Assembly: GCA_951406725.2 (NCBI GenBank) | Contig: OX597814.1 | Location: 90,954,001 to 91,018,000 of the forward strand | Direction of reading: 5' to 3' | Source: Octopus vulgaris | Lineage: Eukaryota | DNA length: 64,000 nucleotides | Part shown: positions 12,870 to 24,270 of the stretch, piece after piece | Layout: each line of letters begins with the position of its first letter | How positions within the stretch are numbered: the first letter of the stretch is position 1 | Notes under the pieces: generated by a model | Database searches by the model: none | What the model was told of the DNA's origin: nothing | The model's input: the letters and a program-made list of their open reading frames with translations, nothing else | Program-made: the position numbers and the translations under genes

Positions 12870-13340
12870 CATGCCGGGGCCCCGCCGTTTTGCTATACTT
12901 TTATTACTGAGAGTCTCCTCTGATATGTGGCATTTATATAAGAAAGTTTGATGTCGCTACCCTCATTTGCGCCTCCTGCCGGCAGGTTGGTTCATCTGGG
13001 ACTCTCGTTAGGAAGAGATCCAGTTTTGATTTGAAAACACCGACATCCACTTTTTGTAGGTTCCTCAGGCTCTTTGGGAGAATATTAAAAACCTGTGAGC
13101 TCTTGAAACGGAGGCTGTTACAGTAACTGTTCCCGAAGCGCGACGGTACTTAATGGGACCTTTAGCACTGTGCTGTGGCGATCCGATTTGGAATGTGTGT
13201 AGTATATTTTACTGCACATCTCTCTCACCTTCGCTCCATGGTGTAGAGTCATAGCTGCTTCAGCCTTACCCAGTAGCTGAGCTGTCACAAAGAAACGATC
13301 TTCTTTGTGAAGCTTCACCGAATTTCTTCGAGGTCTGCTG
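12870..13340 (-). mobile_element. CR1-clade LINE 3' fragment (decayed ORF2 C-terminus)
   Basis: Minus translation: DLEEIR*SFTKKIVSL*QLSYWVRLKQL*LYTMERR*ER and NSLRFKSSQVFNILPKSLRNL...FKSKLDLFLTRVPDEP, typical of the CR1 C-terminus. Confidence 0.8.
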
Positions 13341-13441
13341 CATGTTTATAATATATTTGATGATATGACTTTATTCATGTATAATTATATAGAATCTAGT
13401 GTAGAAATCTTTCACTGTTGTATTAATTTTGTGGAATATCG

Positions 13442-13849
13442 GGATCTTTTCGGTTTGAGCTGCAGTTTTTTCTAGCGGTGTCATATGAAATTGTCACCCA
13501 TAATTATGACCCTAGTATCGATCTATTGCATTTCAATCTGTTTTAGGGTGAGGGTTAGGGGTGGGCGGAAGGGTATCTTTTTTCTTCACAAATGTAAATA
13601 AAGCCAACGTGTTTCTTAAACGAGGGACATATTCATACGGCACAGAATGTTGTTTACCTCAAGTGATTGGTTGAAATTGCAGAAATTGAAGAAAAAACAA
13701 ACAAATATCTTACAAACTATAGAATTTTCTCAATAAAGCCAAGAGAAAGATATGTTTTATTAACACATTCTACCAGTATACGAAGTTTAAAATTTTTTAG
13801 TTACCTAGATATTATGTTAAAAACTGCCGTTCAAACCGAAAAGAGATCC
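13442..13849. mobile_element. MITE with ~30 bp TIRs and 8-bp TSD (Merlin-like by GG termini)
   Basis: TIRs ggatcttttcggtttgagctgcagttttt / aaaaactgccgttcaaaccgaaaagagatcc; TSD gaatatcg at 13434-13441 and 13850-13857. Confidence 0.9.
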
Positions 13850-15346
13850 GAATATCGTATTTAATTATGGACTTCACATGTATATTTTATCATTTATATG
13901 AAGCCTCTGACTGCGAACTTTATTATATTACCACACACACACAGACACACGCGCAAACATGCATATAGATACATGTAGATGTATGCCCAACGACCATTTA
14001 TTTGTCATTATCTTACTGTAATTGAGTTCTTTGCTAACAGCGTACCGTTTATTTAGCCAAGGACAAACATTTAAAAAATAATTGCAAGATGAATTTTATT
14101 TGAATATTCACTGTAAGATATTTGTCCTGTACAACTAAATTCCCCTAACTGCAGCAAACGTATGTGTGCGACTGTGTGTGAGAGAATATATGTGACTACA
14201 TATATGAGCCTCCTGTTTTGAGCAAATGCGTTTATATTTTAATGAAATAAATGTCAATGAAAAAACATGTCTCTATGAGACATTGAAAAATGCATGGAAA
14301 ACAAAATCATTAAATTGCTTTATAGTTGTAAATGAACTCAATTCTTCTCTCGTTGTTAATAATGAAATGATTCAGCAGTTGTACAAAGAAATTATGAGTG
14401 GGGTTTTGTACGAGTTTAGCAAATCTTTTATTTCAATGAATATATTAAATCATCTGTTGAACAAATTTCATTTTTAATTCTATTGCAGTTGAAGCTTTTA
14501 GTGCTTTTCAAAGCTACAATGACCTGTTAATAGAAACCATTGTTGCTACAATTTTTAAATTAAATTGTAACGTTATTGCTGCTGCAGTGAAAGTAGTTCG
14601 AATTCATTTTAAGTCATGAAAAGAAGAAAATAATTAATTTATGCCTTAACATGCTTGCATTACAAATCCCAGTAACACTAGTTATTTTGGTATTAAGATA
14701 CAGAATTTTTAGTTTTGTAAATTTCATATAATACCCTTATTAATTTGACAAGCTAGTTTTGAAGCTTTAACGTACAAGTAGGTAAGATTTATATTTTGTA
14801 AGTCTCTGTATCGTGCTTTCATACAATGTAAGATATAATTCAACATCTGACCTTACTCGACCTCTTCCATAAGCTTTTATTTCGTTTAAGTATTTTGATT
14901 CAAGGTATTCTCTATGTAAACCTATATTAAAAAAAGCAAAAACAAAAAAGATACAATCCGAAAATAACATTGGATAAGTCAAACGTTTAGAATTCATTGT
15001 TTTGCACTAACTTACTACGTGAAATTTGTAAAGCTTCGCAATTCAATTTTCTCAAAACTCGAAACTCGTAGGGGGAGCATCTGGAGAGATGCCATTTGAT
15101 TACCCTTTAGTTAATACGTTTAAAAAGTTCTGGCGACCCATAATTCATACGCGTGAAGTTAAGCGTAATTTTTAGGGTGCTTCATGTGAATTTCTTCACG
15201 ATTAACCACCCGAAATTTCGAACATGCGTAATGCTATGCCATGGTCCTCCATAAATATGTTCGCTTCCGTTTGCATATGACTTCTCAGTATCTGTTTAAC
15301 GGATAATATACACGCATGCGTGTATATATACATGTATATATATATA

Positions 15347-15379
<33 letters not shown>

Positions 15380-15484
15380 GCGTGTGTGCGTGTGTGTGTG
15401 TGTGTGCGTGCGTGTGTGTGTGCGCGAGCGTCTGTGTGTGTATGCGCGGGTAATTCAAATTTCATTATTATGTTTCCCTGCTAA

Positions 15485-15600
15485 AGATGTCAGCCAGCAT
15501 GCCGGACAAACAGTTTAGCAGCATTCCGTATGCCTTTACGTTCCGATTTAAAATTACACCGAGTTTGATTCTGATGTTCATTCTTTCATTATTTATACCA
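15485..15600 (+). mobile_element. Decayed SINE family B fragment
   Basis: gcatgccggacaaacagtttagcagcatt...tttacgttccgatttaaaattacaccgag resembles the 11434 and 63793 copies. Confidence 0.5.
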
Positions 15601-15756
15601 GATTCAGTAAAATAAATACAATTTCAGGCCTTCCGTCTAAAGTACAAAGTATTCTTTTCTGTTCTTGTATCTGTCTTATACTTAGCGCCAGTCTTTTATG
15701 TTGTTTCATTTTCTCCTCGTTGAGAGAGTCCACATGCCTATGAAAACTTGTTTCAT

Positions 15757-16220
15757 GGCACAGACGTAGCCGTGTCGCGAGAAATTTGCTTCCTAACCGT
15801 ATAGTTTTTTTTGTTCAGTCTCACTGCTTGGCACTATGAGCAAATTTCTTCTATTTACCTACTGGTCAACCAACGACTTGTAAGTGGATTCTGTAGGCAG
15901 AAACTGAAAGAATCCCATCGAATACATACATGCATATATGTGTTTGGATATCTGTGTGTGTGTGTGTTTTTCTGTGTCTGTGTGTGTATTTGCATGCGTG
16001 TCTTTGTGTCTATGTTTCTTCTCCACTATTGCTTGAGAAACGGTGTTGGTGCGCGTAGATACCCGGAACTTGGCGGTTCGTTAAATGAGAACGATAGAAT
16101 AAGTATCAGGCTTTAAAATATAAAGTTCCGGGGTTGATTCATTTGAAGATAATTCTTCGAGGTTGTGCCTCAGCATGGCTGCAATCTAATCACTGAGACA
16201 GATAAAATAAATTAAAAGAT
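15757..16220 (+). mobile_element. tRNA-derived SINE family A (diverged)
   Basis: Head ggcacagacgtagccgtgtcg, body cttgtaagtggattctgtaggcagaaactgaaagaa, gatagaataagta, tail cagcatggctgcaatc. Confidence 0.85.
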
Positions 16221-16622
16221 ATCCGTACCTCTCATTGCATTACTCACGTCTCTTTCTCACATAACCGAAGGCCAAAGCTTTTCGTCGACTGACGAATTAC
16301 TTTCAAGAGCATATTGCTAAGTTGATGATCTCTTAAGAAGCATTAACATGTCTATCGCTGTCATCTATCTACAGTCAGAAGTCAAAGTTTTCCTCTAAGC
16401 ATGTAAATGAACTGGGGAAGATTAATGTTTATTTTGTTAAGATTAGCTGGATCTTGTCTTCGAAATTCCATCAAAATCGACGCTGGATGGACTGTTGTAC
16501 TTCTCCTGCCACAATTAAGAGACCAGTTTCAGCTGAAGTAAACGTTATTTCCCTGATATCTTCACTAAATAACTCGTTTTTTTTTTTAGTATGTTTCTGT
16601 ATACATATGTCTCTTTGAATGA

Positions 16623-16656
<34 letters not shown>

Positions 16657-16658
<2 letters not shown>

Positions 16659-17105
16659 CTCTTTTTTACTCTTTTACTTGTTTCAGTCATTTGACTGCGG
16701 CCATGCTGGAGCACCGCCTTTAGTCGAGCAAATCGACCCCGGGACTTATTCTTTGTAAGCCCAGTACTTAATCTATCGGTCTCTTTTTTTGCCGAACCGC
16801 TAAGTGACGGGGACGTATACACACCAGCATCGGTTGTCAAGCAATGCTAAGGGGACAAACACAGACACACAAACACACACATATATATATATATATATAT
16901 ACATATATACGACAGGCTACTTTGAGTTTCCCTCTACCAAATCCACTCACAAGGCATTGGTCGACCCGGGGCTATAGCAGAAGACACTTGCCCAAGATGC
17001 CACGCAGTGGGACTGAACCCGGAACCATGTGGTTGGTTAGCGAGCTACTTACCACACAGCCACTCCTGCGCCTACGAACCCGGATCCATGTGGTTGGTTA
17101 GCAAG

Positions 17106-17108
<3 letters not shown>
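16657..17108 (-). mobile_element. tRNA-derived SINE family A (young copy) with 33-bp head duplication
   Basis: Well-preserved copy 16657-17072; gaacccggatccatgtggttggttagcaagcta is repeated at 17076-17108. Confidence 0.92.
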
Positions 17109-17137
<29 letters not shown>

Positions 17138-18019
17138 CTATGTATATCAACATTAGTAAATATAGTTAATGGCAGCAGATGAAATATTCTGTCTAAGTTT
17201 CGTACTTCTCTTTCATAACCCATAGAGTCAAAAGCTAGTTCGTTTTGGAGATTATCCAAAATTAATATCTAAAGATTTAAACAAGTCTAGACACCGATTC
17301 TTTCAAAGTAGTTTTACTATGTGAAGACGTTATTTGTCTTATTAACCATCCGTTCATTCCAAAATCAACAGGAGGTACAGATAGCTTTGCTTTGCGAAGG
17401 TTAACAAGATTCCAACATCAACATTTCCATACATATATTTACTTCATAAGATGTACTATTGTGTAAACAGTTTTTGATCTTACGAAGTTAATGTTGTACT
17501 TCTGATATTCTGAAAAAGTTTTCGAAATCTATTTTAAAAGTTAAAATCAAAAGTTGCAAATTATTTCCTTTTATTTGATTATGTGATAAAAATGTCTGTA
17601 AGTCATGGAACATATCATCTTAATAAGCGTAAATGTTTCATAAACTAAAGTAGAAAAAAATATACTACTAATACTTTCCTTTTCTGCAAGCATCTCTAAT
17701 TATTTTGTGCCAAAAATTTCTTATTTACATTTAATTCAATAAAGGTGTTTGACAATTCATGTATATACTTTACTATTTTCCAGAAAGGAACCATAGGGAA
17801 AGCGTGTATATCTGTAATAAATGTATAAGGAGATGGTGGAAAATGTAACTCAATGAAACTCAAATCTTCACAACGAATCACTCTCAACCGAATTCTTATC
17901 CACATAGGTGGTGTTGAAGCCGGTTTGTAACTCGCTCCAATTATCTTTGCATGGATGAAAACATTTTATGATGGACTTACCGGAGATTTAATCTTTTACC
18001 TGTTCCCACTGTTTCAAAG

Positions 18020-19400
18020 TGATTCATTTATAGCAGGACTGTATACGCGTACCTACTGACATTCCGAATTCTCCGGAAAACACTTGATGCGCTATTGCAG
18101 AGTCTGACACATGATGAAGGCTTTTCTTGAGAGTGTCGTCCAACGAGAGACACAATGAACATTGGAAGCAGACTAACTATTCTAGGCTGTGGTGTCAATA
18201 TAATCATGTCTCTTGATATCCCTGATACAGTCAAAGAGTTTCGATTATCATGTTTTATTTCGTAGAGACACCATCCACCACTGTAACGGCATGTGAAATC
18301 GTGTAGCATAATGATTAGGATGCTCGACACATGATCGTAAGATTGTGGTTTCAATTCCTGAACCGGGTTGCTCATTGTGTTCTTGAGCAAAACACTTCAT
18401 TTCACGTTGCTCCAGTTCACTCAGCTTGCAAAATGAGTAATCCTGCGTCGGACTGACATTCGGTCCAGATGGGGAATGTATACGCCATGAAACCGGGAAA
18501 CCGGCCCTTATGAATAGGTATGACTCGACAAGGTAACTTTACCTTTTTTAGAGTAACTGCATCGCAGCGCACGGAATTCTTTTCTAAACATTCTATTAAT
18601 TGCATTCCTTTCGAAACATTCTATTATTTGCATTCATACGTTAACCTTATCCGCGATTCGATCTACCTGAATAGCACATGCATAAAAGGCATCTCTCCAG
18701 CATTGAACTAAGTAATACACCGTGGTGTACACCCTGGCCAGACAAGAAGTTTATTACGAAAACTGACATGCTTTCACATTCTTTCAACTACTTTCCCATA
18801 CTAGACTCGTCGTTTCTATAATGTCATCATTATGGATTTGGTATAGAAATTACAACACTAAACAGCGACTACATTATCTACTGATGAAGAGGCATTGTAT
18901 TAGAAAACAGATATTTACCCGATGCATATCTAATTAGGCCATGTTGTAGAATACATGGTAGGATACCTGATGGACTGACTTTAAAGCAAACATTGGATTT
19001 GTCAACAAACCTTTTCCTTAACAGTTCCTTGATCGTGGTGTGTTCATCACTTGCTGTCCCGCTAACATCACTCCTTCCAATTGAACGTCATGAAGAAATT
19101 ATTTCTCATGGACGTAGGCTGCATGTACGTGCGACACTCGGTTAATTTGTGTCATTTTGTATTTTTCTGTGAGGTCAGTCTCAGTTAGGAGATCGAGGAT
19201 TTCTGGCATTCCGTGGCTATCAGAATGTAACTCATCCAAATGACTTCTAGTTTCACTTCTATCGTTCTGTCCGTTTTCAGATCAGCTAAGACAAATGTGT
19301 ACCTTCAGCTTCCTCATCGTTCCCGTGCTGGCAGTGTGCACGACATCGTGGTACTTGTCTGCGTTTTGTAAGTAGGAATGAATCGGTTGCAATTTAGCAT
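18020..19400 (-). mobile_element. Very decayed LINE (RTE-like?) remnants interrupted by SINE C
   Basis: Minus strand GVHHGVLLS (~18710-18735) resembles RT motif GVxQGxxLS; RLCNSASSVFRRI...YTVLL resembles the RTE post-RT region. Confidence 0.3.
18288..18549 (+). mobile_element. tRNA-derived SINE family C (CORE-like centre)
   Basis: A box tagcataatgatt, B box ggtttcaattcc, ttgtgttcttgagcaaaacacttcatttcac core, tail aaggtaactttaccttt. Confidence 0.8.
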
Positions 19401-20710
19401 TTTAAACTTCGTTAATGGTGGTACTTTGATCCTTAAACTACAATAATTTTAGTGGAATCCCAAAGCATTGACAAGTAGAACACAGACAAGATGTATGAAT
19501 CTTGCCAATAAACATTAAGTTTATAAAGAGCATTATAGTCATCTAAATATTAGTATATAACGTATTGCATTAATTATTGACCAAGTAGTTCAAACGATGT
19601 AACATAATATCTGAGGGTACAGGCAAATGCCAATATGGATGACGATGGATTCTAGAAGTTATGATTTGGTTGAAACAGATATTGCTCTACTATAACGCCT
19701 TAGGCTGAACCGGATATTTCAAGAGTAATATTCATCTAATTATTCGTAGCCTTAAATAGATTCATTTTGAAATGTCTAATATTGCATCTTATATAAGATT
19801 GAAGGTAAACGATTGGAAAATCATTGTAGTCTAAAATAAATTGGTATATATCATTTAAATTCTTTGATTAGTAAATATCAAAAGTATTGTAACGAATATT
19901 GCATAATTTTGTATGTTATATGAAATATTCATACACTTTTGAGAATTATTTACAGAAATTAGGAAATTGTTTTCCTTTGAAGATAATGTGCCATTGTAAA
20001 ATATGCAGGGGTTATCATACTGTAAGTTTTGCTTATATGTTAATATTAGCCGGTATAGACAGAATTTCTTGATATAAATCTTTGTCATTTATGTTTCACT
20101 TATATTGAAAGCCATGTTTGATTTTAAGTGAATAATTAATGAATAATAAATAATACTTGAAGTCAGACAACAGGAAATAGTGGTAGTGACAAAAGGTAGA
20201 AGTGAATGGATACGGCAAAATATAGATTTTATTTTATTAGTTATATCTTCTTGTGTAACATAAAAGCTTTTCGGAATTTATTACTGATTATGAATACGAT
20301 TACTACCTTACTTCATGAATATTTAATGTGCATACGCATGTAAATTATATTTCATTCACATACGCCATGCAGTATTGACATAACGGTACTACTGTCAGCC
20401 TGAAAATATCAACTAGATTCATAGATATATGCACTGGACAAACGTAAAAGAAAAAAAAAATTATTCCTATTGCTGTGCGACAAAAGTAATTCTATAATTA
20501 TACGCTCAAACATAGGCATTTGATTCCAAGAACGGCAGGGAAGACTTAATAGAAAAAAATCACCAATAAACGGGTAGATGTCGACTTCATTTTGTTAAAC
20601 CGGTGGTAATTAATACACAATACATGCTCTGCAATCAGACTATATCGGTAACACTAATCGTTTGATAACTTCATCTTTCCTTATCATTAATGGCTCATAT
20701 GTATATATAT

Positions 20711-20743
20711 ATAAGCAACAAGGATGTCATCCTTGTTGCTTAT
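20711..20743. repeat. Perfect 33-bp palindrome
   Basis: ataagcaacaaggatg-t-catccttgttgcttat. Confidence 0.9.
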
Positions 20744-20833
20744 TTTGATTATGATTTATATGGATAATACATACCAATTTATTGTGCCTTTAACTTAAGT
20801 ACCATATTTATCTGAATCTAAATCTTTACTGAA

Positions 20834-20925
<92 letters not shown>

Positions 20926-20928
<3 letters not shown>

Positions 20929-21117
20929 CTTGTCTCAGACATATAGCTGTGGCTAATCTGGGGCACCGCCTTTAGTTGAACACATTGACCCCAGGACTTA
21001 ATCTATGTGAGCCTAGTACTATTTCCAATGTGCTCTTTTGCCGAACCAGTAAGTTACCGGAACGTAAACACACCAACAGCATCTGTCAAGCGATGGTGGG
21101 ACGAGAAACACAGACAA

Positions 21118-21154
<37 letters not shown>

Positions 21155-21302
21155 CAACAGGCTTCTTTCAGTTTCCTCTACCAAATCCAATCACAAGGCT
21201 TTGGTCGGCTCGAGGCTATAGACAATTGCCTAAGGTGCCATGCAGTGGGACTGAACCCTGAGCCAGGTTAAGCAAGGCACTTACCACACAGCGACACCTT
21301 CG

Positions 21303-21304
<2 letters not shown>
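20926..21304 (-). mobile_element. tRNA-derived SINE family A
   Basis: Homologous to the 16657 copy; flanked by (TA)n on both sides. Confidence 0.88.
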
Positions 21305-21358
<54 letters not shown>

Positions 21359-21430
21359 AACACAAACATACATAGATATGACAATGACCGGTTTGGAATA
21401 TTCATACATAATTATGGTTAATGACCTATG

Positions 21431-21503
<73 letters not shown>

Positions 21504-21769
21504 GTGAGAGAGTTGGTATTTAAAAGGACGTGGTTGGATGCATAAAAAACAAAAAACAAAAAACTACAGAAGGCGTGTTATATGGTTAAAGAATATATTT
21601 CAGTCGTTATGTTAGAAAAGTGTTATGAAATTTTTCGTATAGTAACATAGATTTTGGAGAAATAACCGTTTCGTATTTTCTTTTCAAATTTCTCAAACTT
21701 CCTTATCTTCATCGTGTCATGTCTTCGCTATGTTGTGAAATATGGGGTTCCGGGTAGGAGAAGATAATA

Positions 21770-22670
21770 AGAGATTTTTTCAACGAAAAGGTTTCCTTGT
21801 TTAATCTAACTTGTATTGGTGTTCCAATATCACATTGATAGAATGGAAAGATTATAAATTGTGATAGTAGTTGCTTTGTGTATTTCTCAATATGTTCAGT
21901 AAAGGTGCATTCTGTATTCTGGGAATGCAATCTGTTGTCGATGCAGAGTGCATCTGCGTCTGAGTGATAATCCCGTGGGCCCTATGTAGTTTCGGTGGCA
22001 GACCGAACATCTTATGTCATAAATCAGGTTTTTTGAAGCACAAGTAAAATTAGATTTGATTTTGAATTGTTGTTCCTCTTTGAAAAGGAATTCTGATCCT
22101 TCTAGAAGGTTTGGGCATGTTGCGCAATTCGGTCTACCATATTTTCTTTTTACTTTTGCATCCGTTATTTCAGAAAATAATTTTGCCTTTGTGAGAATCT
22201 TTTTTAGTGATTTCGGTTAATTGTAGCTTTTGATGATTGTATATATGTGTAAAATTTCCTTTAATTTGGGATCCTGATTTAGCATTGGTAAATTATGGGT
22301 GATGAGGGTGAAGGCTTCTTTGTTTCTGGGGTTGTATGAGGATATGTACGGCAGTATGTTCGGGGAAGGTGTGTTGCTGTGTTGAACTTTTCTTAAGGTT
22401 TCTATGTCGATATGTGTTGCACGTCTGATTCCATTCTCTATGAGTTGAACTTGGTAATGTCTGTTAATGAGGATGTTTTTGAGTTCTTGCAATCTAAAGT
22501 TTCTGGTATTTTGTTCTGACACAATTGTGCATATCCTTCTTGCAAGGTTGAAAGGGATGTTTGTTTTGGTATGTTTTGGGTGGCATGAATCCAAAAGTAG
22601 ATATTGTTTGGCGTCTGTGGTTTTGTAAAATATGTCCGTTTCTATTTTTAGGTTTATTTTTTAATTAGTA
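21770..22670 (-). pseudogene. Penelope-like element ORF remnant: RT C-terminus/thumb, Cys linker, GIY-YIG endonuclease
   Basis: IETDIFYKTTDAKQYLLLDSCHPKHTKTNIPFNLARRICTIVS (PLE RT end), GRPNCATC linker, YDIRCSVCHRNYIGPTGLSLRRRCTLHRQQI (GIY-YIG, ~21915-22022); stops and frameshifts present. Confidence 0.88.
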
Positions 22671-22724
22671 TATCTAATATTTAATTAGTATATAAAGCAG
22701 TGAGCTGAACAACAGCAACAGCAT

Positions 22725-23085
22725 ATGTGCGAGTGTGTATATATCTGTATGTACGTGTGTATAAGTGCGTGCGTGTATGTGTATGTGTGTGCGTGTGTGT
22801 GCGTGTGTGTATGTGCATGTGTATGTTTGTGTGAGTGTGTGTACGTGGGTGTGTGCATGTGTGTATGTGCCTGCGTGTGTATATGTGTGTGTGAATAAGA
22901 CGTGTGTCGAATTATGTGTGCGTTTTGTTGCGTGTATGCGCGTGTATTTGTGTATGTGGTTGTGTGTACGTGTGTACATTTATGTGTGCGTGTGTGTGTC
23001 CGTGGGGTTGTGTGGGCTATTTATGTGTGCATTCCTGTGCGTGTGTATGTGTGTGTGCGTAAATGTACGTGCGTGTGTGCGCGCA
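22725..23085. repeat. Degenerate (TG)n/(TGCG) low-complexity tract
   Basis: Direct. Confidence 0.9.
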
Positions 23086-23796
23086 AGATGGAATATACGA
23101 GAATTAATTAGTGACCACGACAATTGCTTCGACACATCTAGCATTGATTCCTTACGACTGGGGCTCATAAAACCTGGTTCAGCAACATCCGGCAGTGCAG
23201 ATGAAATTTTATAATGTAAACATAAGCATATGTGTGGTTTGGTGCACTCACGATCACAAAGCGAATTAGATAGCTACTTGGTGTTTATAAGACAGGGAAG
23301 GTTAGAACTAAACTGAATTCAAACATACCTTAAAATAAATTATGTTAACAGTTACTCAAATTCATTCCTACTGCATTTTGAGAGTCTTTCAGAAATTCTA
23401 CTAATGATCTTCTTTATTGGTCCATAATAATAGACAGGTATTACTGAGAGCAGAGTCAGAATTTCCTGAAAATCATATTGTACGATTTCGAATACCTTAC
23501 TACGGACAATGTTATATTGTAAATAATTTTACCATCCTTCAGTTGCTATACAAAATCGGCCAAAGTTGTTGAATGTTTCTTATTGATTGTCTTAAAGCTG
23601 GCGACATGGTTGCGATAAATATTTTTAAGTGAATCAGCCGTCTGCGCAATGTAAGCATACGGCCCTCCCCTCGTGTGCACGGTACATTTATATAAAGTTT
23701 TATATTCATACAGAGCTTCATCAATGGGCAATTTTATTTTGCTCTGCATGAGCATTTATCATATTTATTTGTATATTTGGCAGTTCCGACATATGC

Positions 23797-24052
23797 TTTA
23801 TTTTTGTAGACTGCGGCTATACTGGGGCACTGCTTTGAAGGATTTTCAGTTGAATGAAAAGATCCCAGTACTTACTTAAAAGTCTAGTAATTATTCTATT
23901 AAATATTATAACGAACCGCTATTTTACAAGGACGTTAACATACTAGTACCGGGTGTCAAGTGACAGTGGGGTCAAACGTAAACACACTCACACACATACA
24001 TATATACGTACTTACGTATATATATATATATTTATATACATACATACATGTA

Positions 24053-24083
<31 letters not shown>

Positions 24084-24270
24084 GTATGTATATAAATCTA
24101 TGGATATATACGACGGGCTTCTTTCAGTTTCCATCTGAAAATCCACTCGCAAGGCTTTGATAGGCCCTAGGCCATAGCATAAGGCATACATCAAAGTTGC
24201 CATGCATTGGGTTGGACCTAAAACCATGTAGTTTGGTTGCAAACTCCTTACCACCTAGCCCTCCCTGCGC
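23797..24270 (-). mobile_element. tRNA-derived SINE family A (diverged)
   Basis: gactgcggctatactggggcac tail, cgacgggcttctttcagtttcc body, cttaccacctagccctccctgcgc head. Confidence 0.85.

Noticed and set aside
13543-13565. Interstitial telomere
   Set aside because: Only two exact TTAGGG units, inside a MITE.
18875-18915. CTGATGA...GAAA as a hammerhead
   Set aside because: No stem II or stem III pairing.
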